Assembly (NCBI GenBank): GCA_964506245.1
Contig: CAZDKK010000014.1
Span: forward strand, 21,792 to 85,791
Reading direction: 5' to 3'
DNA: 64,000 bases
Origin: an uncultured bacterium
GTDB lineage: Bacteria; Eisenbacteria; RBG-16-71-46; CAIMUX01; WJJG01
The position numbers were made by a program, and so were the translations under genes. The notes under the pieces were generated by a model. The model saw only the letters and a program-made list of their open reading frames with translations. It was not told the DNA's origin and did no database searches. Below, in pieces: positions 8,317-18,278 of the stretch (the stretch's first letter is position 1; every line of letters begins with the position of its first letter).

Positions 8317-10551
8317 TCACTCCCCTCCACCCGCCAACCACAACAGCGACTGCGCGGCGGCCGTCTGCGTGGCCGTTTCGTCGAAGAAGTAGGGGTGGAA
8401 CGCAAAGCAGACGATCTTGCCGCGCCGGATGCCGAAGCGGAGATCCTCTTCGGTGACCGTGGTGCGCCAGGCGATCGGCCTGTCGTTCAGGTCATGACCG
8501 GCATCCGAGCGGCATCGCGCGGTGTAGATCGGCTCGAGGCCCTCCTCGCGTTCGTACCACGGCGAGAGGCCTGCCTCGGTGGGGTTGGGCACGAGGCACT
8601 CGTAGAAGTACTCGCCCCGCTTGTTGTCCGGGTCCTGCGGCAGACCGCCCCACCGCGAGTAGTCGAGGCAGATGTCGGGAAAGGCTGGATCGGCCGACAC
8701 CGCCCGCACCAGGGACTGCAGATCGCGCGCATCGTCGGTGCCGCGCGGCTTGTTCACGGCCCCGCGCAGGTGGAGGTACTGCCACAGGAAACCGAATCGG
8801 TTCCAGGTCTGTTGGTTGCTGAGATCATCGGGGGAGGGTGTCTTGGGAGGACCCTCGTCCGGCGGAAACGCCTTGGTGATCTTGGTGACGGGGCCGCCCC
8901 AGGCGAAGAGCAGCAGGTTGCCCCCCGCGCCCACGTAGCGCGACAGGAGCATGTTCACGGCGGCCAGGCTGAGGGCGTTGTCCTGCTGGCTCGTCTGGCC
9001 GTTGGCGCAGTCCCAGATGACCGTCTGGTGCTCCCCTAGAATGTCCAGAAAGTTGTCCGGAATGCTGACACCTGGTGAGGAGCCCTCGTCAGGGAACACG
9101 GAGAAGGTGGTCGGCACCTCGCCAGGAGGCAGGAAGTCCCCCATGCACGCGAGCATCCGGTCCCGCCACGCGTCTTCGGGGACGTCGTCCGTCCGCACTC
9201 CGTCGACTCTCCGCGGGCAAGACCGTTGATCATCCACGACCAGGAATCTTCTCGTGAATCCGAACTGCGCCAGGGTGATGTTCACGACGCATCGCGTCTC
9301 CGTCTCCTTCTTGTTCGAGACGTCGCGCATCTTCAGGTAGAAGTAGTGGACCTTGGGACCATCCGCGGGAAACGAGATCACGTCCTGCATCTGGTCGCGC
9401 GGTGCCCAGCCGATCCATCCGCCGCGACCGTCAGTTGCTCGGAAGGGCTCGTCCTCATCCCCGGGGTCGGGGATGTCGAAACCGTAGTTGCACGGTCCGG
9501 GTTCCGTGCCACTGGCCGAGGCATCGGCCTGCCACTGGAGGCGGAAGCGCTGTCCGGGCGCGATGGTGACCTCCCACGGATCGGCGAAGACACCGGTATC
9601 GAAGCTGTGGCGTCCCATCGACGGCTCGAACACGGCGACGTTGATCCGGGTGTCCACGACGAGGAAGGTGACCCAGTTGCGGTTGCGGCTGCGATCCCCG
9701 AAGACTCGCTGCTCGACCGCGCCCGCTTCGTCGATCGCGCGCACGGCGAATCCGTACCGCGACCCGACCTTCATCTCCTCGAGCCACTGCTCGGTCACCG
9801 TGCCGGGGACGCGCTTCCAGGCGCGCTTGGCGCGGGCGAGGTATTCGCTGACGCTGTCGGCGGGGAAGTCTGCCCCCTTGGGCGCCTGCAGCAGGTTTTC
9901 GGCCTTCTCGAATAGCTCCGCGACATCCTTCAGCCGCGTCACGTCGATGCCCGGGTCGGCAATGTGCTTGATCTCGTAGTAGGCCGGCTGCTGATCGGCG
10001 CTGGCCGCGTCGAGGTCCTGGCCGGACCAGGTGAACCGCAAAGTGGAAGCCCAACGGGCGTCCTCGTTCCCGTCCGGGGATTCGATTTCGCTGGTCGGCG
10101 CGATGGTGTGGGCGTTGAAGAGCCGGATGTCGGGGCAGGAGCGGTAGTACTTGTCGTCGACCGCCCGGACGTAGAAGGTGTGCCAGTCGCCATAGCCGTC
10201 CGGTTCCGCATAGGTGGCGGCCCGCGTGACGATCCAATCATCGAAGCTCGTGGTCCGGTGCCAGGCATTCTCCGAGATCGTGTCGTCCACGGCCCATTCG
10301 AACCAGCGGATGACACCGTCCCGGTCGGCCCCGTACCAGTAGAAGTGGACCCGATTCTCCCCGATGTCGGCCGCATTCTCGAGCACGCCGCCCGTGATGC
10401 CCACGGTGGGGCGCTGGTTGCCGGCGGGTTGGCCCGCGAACTCATCGTCGGGGATCAGGAGGCATTGCGCGCCCAGGAGGGCCAGGAGGCAGAGGCACGC
10501 CAACGGGAGCATCCGGGCGAACGCCTTGAAGGTCAGGCCGGGGGGGTACAT
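8317..10551 (-). CDS. Large hypothetical secreted protein/lipoprotein
   Basis: ATG at 10551 is 9 nt after AAGGAGG; N-terminal hydrophobic segment ending LLGAQC; ~744 aa coherent reading frame; no domain recognised. Confidence 0.55.
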   Translation of the reverse strand: MYPPGLTFKAFARMLPLACLCLLALLGAQCLLIPDDEFAGQPAGNQRPTVGITGGVLENAADIGENRVHFYWYGADRDGVIRWFEWAVDDTISENAWHRTTSFDDWIVTRAATYAEPDGYGDWHTFYVRAVDDKYYRSCPDIRLFNAHTIAPTSEIESPDGNEDARWASTLRFTWSGQDLDAASADQQPAYYEIKHIADPGIDVTRLKDVAELFEKAENLLQAPKGADFPADSVSEYLARAKRAWKRVPGTVTEQWLEEMKVGSRYGFAVRAIDEAGAVEQRVFGDRSRNRNWVTFLVVDTRINVAVFEPSMGRHSFDTGVFADPWEVTIAPGQRFRLQWQADASASGTEPGPCNYGFDIPDPGDEDEPFRATDGRGGWIGWAPRDQMQDVISFPADGPKVHYFYLKMRDVSNKKETETRCVVNITLAQFGFTRRFLVVDDQRSCPRRVDGVRTDDVPEDAWRDRMLACMGDFLPPGEVPTTFSVFPDEGSSPGVSIPDNFLDILGEHQTVIWDCANGQTSQQDNALSLAAVNMLLSRYVGAGGNLLLFAWGGPVTKITKAFPPDEGPPKTPSPDDLSNQQTWNRFGFLWQYLHLRGAVNKPRGTDDARDLQSLVRAVSADPAFPDICLDYSRWGGLPQDPDNKRGEYFYECLVPNPTEAGLSPWYEREEGLEPIYTARCRSDAGHDLNDRPIAWRTTVTEEDLRFGIRRGKIVCFAFHPYFFDETATQTAAAQSLLWLAGGGE

Positions 10552-10738
10552 GCGACACATCCTCCTTCGCGGGGGGCGTCCAGGAGTCGTGCCCGATGGC
10601 ATGCGCCGGCGGATGGAGCCCACGGTGGTCGCTGCGCGGCGCCTGGGGTGTGGAACGCGCACCGGCGCCCTTGGTCTCGATCGGTCCGCCCGACACTGTC
10701 AACCATAGTCAGGAGACGGCGGAGTCGTGAGACTTACT

Positions 10739-12397
10739 TCACGTTCCTGCGGTATGGCCAGCATGGCGAAGGCGACCAGGCATGGCGTCGCGGATGTCGG
10801 CGTCGGTCTGAGACGATGCTCCCAGGCCCTCTGCCCCGGGAGGAACCTGCTGCAGCACGAGCGTCCCCACCTTGCGCCGCGGGTAGCGCAGTCGCACCAC
10901 GTCGTGCACAGCCGGCAGTGCATGGCGCTCGTCGGTGATCAGGTAGTACTCGGGGAAGCTGAAACGCCGGCGGTCGTAGATCGGTCGAGCGACCCGTCCC
11001 TCCAGGGCCACGGCCAGATGGATCAGGTCCGGGCCCGGTTCGATCACGATCGGGCGGTCATCCGCAAGCAGCGCTGCCACCTCTTCAGCCGCGACGTCCG
11101 AGTTCCACTTGCACGCGGCCCGATAGGCGTAGATGCCATGTTCGTAGAATCCCAGGACCACGGCCGCCACGGCCAGGGTGTAGGTGACCACCCGGTAGCG
11201 GAAGCGCGACAAGGCGAGGGCCACCGCACCGGTGGCGAGCAGCCCGATGCCACCCGCGAGGAGCCCGAACTCCAAGCTCGTCCACCCGGCGACAATGCAG
11301 ACGCCAGCGAGGAGCCACAGCAGGACCCGACCCGGCCACACGGGCATGCGGCGCGCAAGATCGATCCGGTGGGCCACCACGATGGCGAAGAAGGGCACCG
11401 CCGGCAACATGTAGCGGTCCCGGGACCTCGCCGCGAGGGTGAAGATCAGGAGCGACGAAACCAGAATCCACAAACTCGTTTCGTACAACCAGCCGGAAGA
11501 GCGCTCGCGGCGGCGAATCGCCAGGAGCACGAGCGACCAGGGCAACAGCACGATCCACAGGCGCACTGGATAAACGGCGATGTGCGCCAACCACGAGCCC
11601 ACGTTGCCCAAGGCCTTGCCGGAGATCTCGGAGGCGGCCGTGCCGAGCATCGCCTCGGAGTGGCCACCGGCACGCAGCGCAAGCGCCCATGCCACGGGCA
11701 GCACGAGCGACAGCCCCAGATGCGTGGCGAGTCGGAGTGCCGCACGGCGGCGCTCGGCGCGTTGGAGCAGCGCGTGGATCAACAGCCCGGGATAGAAGAA
11801 GAGCGGCGAGACGCCTTTGGTCAGGATCCCCAGTCCCATGCAGAGCGCCGACAGCAGCAGGAGGCCCGTCTGCCTCCTGCCGCGCAGATACGCCACGTAG
11901 GACAGGAAGGTGAGCGCCCCAAGCACCATGTCCGGTTCGGCCATGTTCCCGTACTCACACATGGTGAGGTAGCAGGTGAGCGTGACGAGCGCCGCGAAGT
12001 AGACACGCTCGCGGTCCCCTTCGGACTCGCTGCCAGACACGGCCGGGCGTTGAGCACGCATGGCCATGGCAGCGGTACCGGAGAGAATCAGCAGGGCGAC
12101 GACCGAGAGCGTCCGCGCCGCGCGGGGTGTTACCGGAAGCTGGCCGCCCGAGGCCAGAACGATCAGCCAGTTGTAGAAGGGAGGTTTCTTGTAGTACGGC
12201 ACCTGATAGATGGTCGGCATGAGGTAGTTGCCGGTGAGAATCATCTCCTGCGCGACGATGACCCGACGCGGCTCCTCGTGGATCCAGGCCATCCGGTCGA
12301 TGTGCACCAAGAGCGTGATGACCACCCAGGCGAGCAGGAACCAGCCGCCCGCGGCCAGCCGGCCGGCCGGCACGGGGCCTGTACGCGCCCGGGTCAC
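10739..12397 (-). CDS. ArnT/PMT-like (GT39/GT83) lipid-carrier-dependent glycosyltransferase
   Basis: Polytopic membrane protein with the YYKKPPFYNW motif typical of ArnT/PMT-type transferases. Candidate GTG start at 12397 overlaps the LAB_N stop by 4 nt; alternative ATG at 12292. The upstream part of the track ORF is likely non-coding. Confidence 0.7.
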   Translation of the reverse strand: MTRARTGPVPAGRLAAGGWFLLAWVVITLLVHIDRMAWIHEEPRRVIVAQEMILTGNYLMPTIYQVPYYKKPPFYNWLIVLASGGQLPVTPRAARTLSVVALLILSGTAAMAMRAQRPAVSGSESEGDRERVYFAALVTLTCYLTMCEYGNMAEPDMVLGALTFLSYVAYLRGRRQTGLLLLSALCMGLGILTKGVSPLFFYPGLLIHALLQRAERRRAALRLATHLGLSLVLPVAWALALRAGGHSEAMLGTAASEISGKALGNVGSWLAHIAVYPVRLWIVLLPWSLVLLAIRRRERSSGWLYETSLWILVSSLLIFTLAARSRDRYMLPAVPFFAIVVAHRIDLARRMPVWPGRVLLWLLAGVCIVAGWTSLEFGLLAGGIGLLATGAVALALSRFRYRVVTYTLAVAAVVLGFYEHGIYAYRAACKWNSDVAAEEVAALLADDRPIVIEPGPDLIHLAVALEGRVARPIYDRRRFSFPEYYLITDERHALPAVHDVVRLRYPRRKVGTLVLQQVPPGAEGLGASSQTDADIRDAMPGRLRHAGHTAGT

Positions 12398-12729
12398 GCA
12401 GCCTGCCTCTCCGGACCGTCGCTCGCGGGGTGCCGAATCAGGTGGATGTTGCGCATGTAGATCAAGAAACCGGCCGATTGACCCAGGATGAACACGGGAT
12501 CGCGCTTGTGGATGGCATAGAACAGGAGCATCGCCGATCCCGCCATGCTGAGGTACCAGAAGAGCGGGGGCATGACGCTCTTGCGCGCCCGCTCCGAAGC
12601 CAGCCATTGGACGACGAAGCGCGACGCGAAGAGACCCTGGGCCACGAAGCCGATCACCAGCCACACAGTCTCGGCCGACAATGATGAGAGCCACTGATGG
12701 ATCGCTGACAGCATCTCATACTCCGTCAT
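12394..12729 (-). CDS. Lipid-A-biosynthesis N-terminal (LAB_N) domain membrane protein
   Basis: 111 aa, three TM helices. Motif YAIHKRDPVFILGQSAGFLIYMRNI matches the LAB_N family that accompanies GT2/ArnT pairs. ATG start overlaps the GT2 stop by 14 nt. Confidence 0.7.
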   Translation of the reverse strand: MTEYEMLSAIHQWLSSLSAETVWLVIGFVAQGLFASRFVVQWLASERARKSVMPPLFWYLSMAGSAMLLFYAIHKRDPVFILGQSAGFLIYMRNIHLIRHPASDGPERQAA

Positions 12730-13534
12730 GATGGCCGGAGCCGCACGAGACGCGGTCCGGCGATGGGCTTGCGCAAAGAGCGGGTCCGTTCACGGATTGC
12801 TCACGGATCCGCGGTCGGGCCTGCCGGGACTTGAGCCATCGGACGCCGAACGTGTCCACGATCCCCACCCAGAGTCGGTTGTGGACACCGTACTTGGTCC
12901 GCCCGTATTGACGCGGCCGGTGGTTGACCGGGATCTCGGTCAAGGAGTAGCCGCGCATGGCCAGCAGCGTCGGCAGGAAGCGGTGCATGCCCCGGAAGTC
13001 GGGCAGCTCGCGGGCGCAGTGCGCGCGCATGCCGCGCAGCGAGCAACCGACATCCGTGACGCGTTCGCCCGTCAGGCGATTGCGAAAGCCGTTGGCGATG
13101 CGCGAGGAGACGCGGCGCACCAGCGTGTCCTGGCGCCGTTCGCGCACCCCGTTGACGACGTCGGTCTCGCAGGCCTGGAGGACCTCCAAGAGGCGCGGGA
13201 TGTCGCGCGGGTCGTTCTGCAGATCGGCGTCCAGGGTGATGATGTACTCTCCCCGCGCCAGGCGGAACCCGGCCGCCAGCGCGGCGGACTGACCGCAGGA
13301 CTGCTCGAAGCTCACGTAGCCGTGCTCGGGCCGGCGAGCGGCAAGTTCGCGCAGGCGCTCGAGGGTGCCATCCCGGCTGCCGTCATCGATCCACAGGCAC
13401 TCCCACGCCAGACCGGTCGCATCCAGGACGGTCTCGATCTCGTCGCTCAGGACCCCCACCGACTCCGCCTCGTCGCGGGCCGGGACGACGATGCTCACGG
13501 CAGGGACTCCAGGCCTGTCCGCGTTCATTCGCAT
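12716..13534 (-). CDS. GT2-family polyprenyl-phosphate glycosyltransferase (ArnC/DPM1-like)
   Basis: Motifs VSIVVPARDEAESV, IDDGSRDGT and LDADLQNDP (DxD) plus a C-terminal TM pair. Start is ATG 13534 or 13528; the GTG at 13558 is less likely. Confidence 0.8.
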   Translation of the reverse strand: MRMNADRPGVPAVSIVVPARDEAESVGVLSDEIETVLDATGLAWECLWIDDGSRDGTLERLRELAARRPEHGYVSFEQSCGQSAALAAGFRLARGEYIITLDADLQNDPRDIPRLLEVLQACETDVVNGVRERRQDTLVRRVSSRIANGFRNRLTGERVTDVGCSLRGMRAHCARELPDFRGMHRFLPTLLAMRGYSLTEIPVNHRPRQYGRTKYGVHNRLWVGIVDTFGVRWLKSRQARPRIREQSVNGPALCASPSPDRVSCGSGHHDGV

Positions 13535-13612
13535 TGACCGGAATGGTATTCGGGTCACAGGGGGGCGTCAAGAGGGCTGGGCCGCCTGCCCGGAAGCAGG
13601 TGCCGCGCCGCC

Positions 13613-15166
13613 TCACGCAGCGGCGCACTCCTGCGCGAACGGCAGAGAGACTTCGAACGTGAAGGTCGATCCCTCCCCGACCGTGCTCGAGAGCGTGATG
13701 TCGCCGCCCATCATGCGGGCCAGCTCGCGGGAGATCGTGAGCCCGAGCCCCGTCCCGCCAAAGGAACGCGCCGTGGACCCATCCGCCTGGCGGAAGCTCT
13801 CGAAGATGATCTCCCTCTTTTCCGCGGGGATCCCAATTCCCGTGTCGATCACGCGAACCGTCAGCTCACAGCGCCCGGGCACGGAGGCGACGGCGCCGGC
13901 CAACTCGATCGTCACCCGACCGCAGGCCGTGAACTTGACCGCGTTGGAGAGCAGATTGAGGAGAATCTGCAGGATGCGGTGGCCATCTCCGATGAGCGGC
14001 GGCAGCGGCGCCGTCGGCAGGCGGCACTCGAGCGTCAGTCCCTTCTCCTCCGCCTTGGGACGCAGCATCGACGCCGCGCGGTCGATCACCTCTTCGGCTC
14101 GGAAGGGCGCCTCGGCCAGTTCCATTCTGCCCGATTCGATCTTCGAGAAGTCCAGGATGTCATTGATGAGCGCCAGCAGGCTGTCGCCGGACTTCTGGAT
14201 GTTGGTCACCCATTCCGCCTGCTCCGGGCTGAGGGTTGAGATGCTCAGCATGTCGGTCAGTCCGATGATCCCGTTGAGCGGCGTGCGGATCTCGTGCGAA
14301 ACGTTGGCCAGGAACTCGGACTTCGTACCGCTCGCATGCTCGGCCGCTTCCTTGGCCGCCCGCAGTTCCGTGGTTCGCTCCTGCACCATGATCTCCAGCC
14401 CTTCGGCATAGCGCTGCACCTGGGCCTGCGACATGCGAAGCTTCCGGTTGCCCGCTTCGATCGCGGCCGCCATCGCGTTGAAGCTCGACCCGAGCTGCCC
14501 GATCTCGTCGGGCCCTGCATCCGTGATCCTCGTGGTCAGGACACCGCCGGCAAGCTTCTGGGCGCCCTGTGCAAGGTGTTGGAGCCGCGAGGCGACGCGT
14601 TGAAAGAGCAGGTTCGAGATCAACATCGACACCGAGAGCGCCAGCACGGCGGTCAGGCCGACGAGGAGACGCCCCTCCAGAGCCCGCAGCCTGTGGCGGC
14701 TCAGGTCGGCCAGCAGGACAACCGTGCCCACTGGCTGGCCGCGATAGCGTACGGCGCGAACCACACGCATGGAGGATTCGCCCGCGAGGTCCGACTCGTT
14801 CAGTCTGGATCCCGCAGAGGCGTCGTCGACGATGAAGCTGCGGCCGGCTTGCCGATCGTAGCAGGCCACGGGCTTGGAGGTCGTGTCCAGCAGCCAGGCA
14901 AAGCGGATGTCGGGGAGCACGCTGAGCGGGGTGAGTGCTTCGGCAGCCGCGTCGGCATCACCGAACACGAGCGCCGGAGCGGCGCTGTAGCCGACGACCG
15001 ACGCCGTCTGTTCGGCCATCTCGACGCCGTTGGCGAGGAGCTGACCGTGTTCGCGGTGCAGGAAGAACAGCCCGAGGCTGACGACGGCAATGGTCGTCGT
15101 CAGCAGCGTGAAACCGAGCAGTCGTTCACGCAAGGAAAGGCGTGAGATCACTTCCCGCAGATGCAC
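13613..15166 (-). CDS. Sensor histidine kinase (periplasmic sensor-HAMP-HisKA-HATPase)
   Basis: N-terminal TM, periplasmic domain, second TM, HAMP, H-box [15 protein letters not shown] boxes LLSNAVKF and [21 protein letters not shown] start at 15166 adjacent to GGGGGAGAG. Confidence 0.9.
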   Translation of the reverse strand: MHLREVISRLSLRERLLGFTLLTTTIAVVSLGLFFLHREHGQLLANGVEMAEQTASVVGYSAAPALVFGDADAAAEALTPLSVLPDIRFAWLLDTTSKPVACYDRQAGRSFIVDDASAGSRLNESDLAGESSMRVVRAVRYRGQPVGTVVLLADLSRHRLRALEGRLLVGLTAVLALSVSMLISNLLFQRVASRLQHLAQGAQKLAGGVLTTRITDAGPDEIGQLGSSFNAMAAAIEAGNRKLRMSQAQVQRYAEGLEIMVQERTTELRAAKEAAEHASGTKSEFLANVSHEIRTPLNGIIGLTDMLSISTLSPEQAEWVTNIQKSGDSLLALINDILDFSKIESGRMELAEAPFRAEEVIDRAASMLRPKAEEKGLTLECRLPTAPLPPLIGDGHRILQILLNLLSNAVKFTACGRVTIELAGAVASVPGRCELTVRVIDTGIGIPAEKREIIFESFRQADGSTARSFGGTGLGLTISRELARMMGGDITLSSTVGEGSTFTFEVSLPFAQECAAA

Positions 15167-15181
15167 CTCTCCCCCGTCATC

Positions 15182-15811
15182 TCAGCACAACCGCGCTCGG
15201 TCCTCGCGGACCAGGATGATCCCCTGGTGTCCGTGCGCGAGTTGCAGCAGCCGCGAGCTGATCTTGATCGCCGCCGCGCGGGCGGCAGCCAGGTTGATGT
15301 CAAAGCAGATCTTGGTCGACTCCCGACTGAGAATGATCACCGTGTCGCGGCCCGACTCCAAACGGCTGTCGATGGTGAGCACGCCGGCCCGGTGCGCTCT
15401 CTCGATCAGGTCAGGCGCTCCCCCCGTCGCGGTGCCGGCCAGCACCAGGATGTCGAGGGGAGTCGGGTCACCCGAACTGCTCACTGCTTCCACATGCACG
15501 ACCCGAGGGACCCCCGGGAGCAGCCCTCCCTCCGGCTGGGCATTGTGTTGGGCGGCCAGCCGATCGAGGGCGGCAAGCAGTTCCTCCCCATCCACGACGC
15601 CGATGCGCAGGGTATCCCCGAGCGGGTGCGACCACGTCAGGAAGGCCGGGAACTTCAGGATGAAGGCAGCGCGGATCTCCGCCTCCGGCAACTGGCGTTG
15701 CGCCAGGGTCGGGGTCGACACGGCGAGCAGCGCCCCGCAGGCAAGCGCAGCTACGAGCGCAAGCCGATGCCACCTGGCGTGTCGCGAAGGACTACCGGCG
15801 CCGGGGACCAT
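15182..15811 (-). CDS. YfiR-like (DUF4154) periplasmic protein
   Basis: Signal peptide from the internal ATG at 15811; ~210 aa resembling the YfiR/DUF4154 family that often sits next to HKs or DGCs; 15 bp upstream of the HK. Confidence 0.55.
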   Translation of the reverse strand: MVPGAGSPSRHARWHRLALVAALACGALLAVSTPTLAQRQLPEAEIRAAFILKFPAFLTWSHPLGDTLRIGVVDGEELLAALDRLAAQHNAQPEGGLLPGVPRVVHVEAVSSSGDPTPLDILVLAGTATGGAPDLIERAHRAGVLTIDSRLESGRDTVIILSRESTKICFDINLAAARAAAIKISSRLLQLAHGHQGIILVREDRARLC

Positions 15812-16162
15812 GGATCTGCCTACGTCCGCGTGCTGGTCGCCGCCTGGACCAACTCCCGCCGGACAGTTGTGGACAGACTCTTTCCCTCGGGAGTCCGAAA
15901 CCCGCAACTCCCGCGGTTCACATGGGTAAACATCGGCCAATGCCGGATGGGTCTTTAGGTGACGGCTCCGGCAGAAGCCGAGGGGCTGACCGAGGGCGCG
16001 CGTGCTCCCATGCGCGAGTGGCCCCTGCGCAGCGCAATATTGCGCAAGGGACAGGTGAAGAGCGCCGAAGGAATCTGGGGATGTTTACGGTGGTTGGCAA
16101 GCTCGCTGAGCAGCGCGCGGGATGGCCCGCCCATCTTCGTCTCAGAGTAGAGGATCGCCACG

Positions 16163-18214
16163 ATGAGGAACACGAATCTGACCGCGGCGCTGTGGGCGGC
16201 CTGCCTCGCGATGCTCGGCGCAGCGGCCTCAGCGACGACCTCGTGTGCCAGCGTGCAGGTATCCCCGGGCGCGGATCCTCGGGCATCATCTGTCGAGCGC
16301 GATCTCGAAGCTCGCGACATCATGACCCTCCGGCTCGAGGATCTGCTCAACGTCGAGATCCTCGTGGCATCCGCTGAGCCCAGCACCGTGCGGGATGCGC
16401 CGGCGGTTGTGACCGTGGTGACCCGCGAGGAGATCCAGCAGTCGGGCGCCCGTGATCTGATCGATGCCTTGCGACTCGTCTCGGGATTCGAATTCGGCAT
16501 AGACATCTGGGGCGTCATCGGTGTCGGCTTCCGCGGACACTGGGGTCACGAGGCCAAGATCATGCTCGCCGTGGACGGCTTGGTGCTCAACGAGCTGATG
16601 TACGGCAACCTCGCATTTGGCGAGCACATACCCGTCGATGCGATCGAGCGAATCGAGATCATACGCGGCCCGGGCTCGGTGATTCACGGCAACTTCGCCG
16701 AGCTGGGGGTGATCAACGTGGTCACGAGAATCGGGGCGGAGCGGACCGGTCTTCGTGGCGTCCTGGCCGCCGGGACCTTCGAGGACGGCGTCTCGCGTGG
16801 CAGGATCGGGGCCAGCTACGGAACCGCGCTGGGCAGCGAATCCTACTTGGGCGCCTCCGTGTTTGGGTCCAACGCTAGGCCGAGTCTGCGAACCTACACG
16901 GATATCTTCGGGAACTCGTACGATATGGAGGATGATCACGACCTGCGGGCCCTGAATCTCGGTTTGCACTACCGCCAGGGACCCGTACGCGCGCAGTTCT
17001 ACTACGACGGGTACAGAACCACGTTTCGGGACGGGTACGACGCGATTCTCCCCGCGTCGATCGGCGCGGATTTCATATCCTATCTGGGCGACATCTCTTG
17101 CGTTTTCACCCCGCGGCCCGGTCTCACGATCACACCCGTCCTGAAGGCGAAGTATCAGGAACCGTGGAGAAGCACGGACGTTCCTCCGGAGGATTTCTCC
17201 TTCTACAACCCCACCGCTCAGCAGTATGGCGCCACGCTGAAGATGAACTGGGACGCTTCGGACACTTTCTCTCTGCTCGCTGGTGGCGACTACGATCGCG
17301 AAGAGGGGCGCTACAGTGACGAGATGCCCTACACCTTCTCCAATGGCAAGAAGAGCATCGACTTCCGGCGCAGTGCTGTCTTTGCTGAGGGGTACCTCAA
17401 GACCGTCCCGGCGCATGTGACCATGGGCCTGCGCATCGAGGACCACAGTGCGTACAACAGCGCAGTCACGCCACGCGTGGGGATCACGCGGTTCTTTGGC
17501 GCCACGCACGTCAAGCTCATCTACAATCGCTCCTTCCGTGCCCCGAGCATCGAGCAGATCTCCTTCGGCCAAGACGTCGAGACCGAGGAGGCCGACGTCT
17601 ACGAGATGGAAGTCGGCCACCAATTCGGCAATGTGGCCTATCTGGGCGCCAACATCTACGACATTCAGGTTCACCGTCCGATCTTCTATTTCTACGACAC
17701 GGAGGAAGAGATCGACACGTTCCGCAACCTCGACGACCTCGGGTCGCGGGGCTTCGAGCTCGAGGGACGACTCCACGGGCGACTGGGTCAGCTCACCGCA
17801 CGGCACTCGTTCTACACGGCCTCGAAGCGGGACTTGGATTACTATGCCGCTCCCGGCGACGACGATCTGTTCCTGGCCTTCCCAGCACACAAGTTTACCC
17901 TGGCCGCGGGGATTCATGTCACGCACGCGCTGAGCGTGAACCCGTCGCTGATCTGGACGAGTGCACGGCATGCGTACGACCGCTATGACCCCGAGACAGA
18001 ACAACCGCTGGCGAGCAAGCTGCCGGCCGAGGCGCTGACCCACCTCTATCTGCTGTACGAGGGTTTGTACGGCGGCGCCGTTGACGTGGGCCTGGGCGTC
18101 TACGATCTCTTCGACACCAACCACGATTTCATCCAACCGTACAATGGGCAGCACGCACCGTTCCCGGGGCCGGGACGGGAGATCGTGTTGAAAGTGGGGC
18201 TGGACCTGGAGTAG
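16163..18214 (+). CDS. TonB-dependent outer-membrane receptor
   Basis: Signal peptide. Plug-domain motifs (DIMTLRLEDLLNVEILVAS...AVVTVVTREEIQQSGARDLIDALRLVSGF) followed by a long beta-barrel region. C-terminus is not aromatic, which is slightly atypical. Confidence 0.8.
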   Translation: MRNTNLTAALWAACLAMLGAAASATTSCASVQVSPGADPRASSVERDLEARDIMTLRLEDLLNVEILVASAEPSTVRDAPAVVTVVTREEIQQSGARDLIDALRLVSGFEFGIDIWGVIGVGFRGHWGHEAKIMLAVDGLVLNELMYGNLAFGEHIPVDAIERIEIIRGPGSVIHGNFAELGVINVVTRIGAERTGLRGVLAAGTFEDGVSRGRIGASYGTALGSESYLGASVFGSNARPSLRTYTDIFGNSYDMEDDHDLRALNLGLHYRQGPVRAQFYYDGYRTTFRDGYDAILPASIGADFISYLGDISCVFTPRPGLTITPVLKAKYQEPWRSTDVPPEDFSFYNPTAQQYGATLKMNWDASDTFSLLAGGDYDREEGRYSDEMPYTFSNGKKSIDFRRSAVFAEGYLKTVPAHVTMGLRIEDHSAYNSAVTPRVGITRFFGATHVKLIYNRSFRAPSIEQISFGQDVETEEADVYEMEVGHQFGNVAYLGANIYDIQVHRPIFYFYDTEEEIDTFRNLDDLGSRGFELEGRLHGRLGQLTARHSFYTASKRDLDYYAAPGDDDLFLAFPAHKFTLAAGIHVTHALSVNPSLIWTSARHAYDRYDPETEQPLASKLPAEALTHLYLLYEGLYGGAVDVGLGVYDLFDTNHDFIQPYNGQHAPFPGPGREIVLKVGLDLE

Positions 18215-18278
18215 GCCGGCGTCCCCTGGCGCCCGGGCCCGGCGGAGTGGGATGCGGCCGGCTCGGTCGCGACCGCGA

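Noticed and set aside
15941-16162. Possible cobalamin riboswitch upstream of the TonB-dependent receptor (GGTGAAGAGCGCC...GAAGGAATCTGG...GGGATGGCCCGCC)
   Set aside because: Only loose resemblance to the B12-box (GGAGACCTGCC-like) and GGTG..AA.TCC elements; I could not assemble the conserved helices. It would need Rfam/Infernal (RF00174) to decide.
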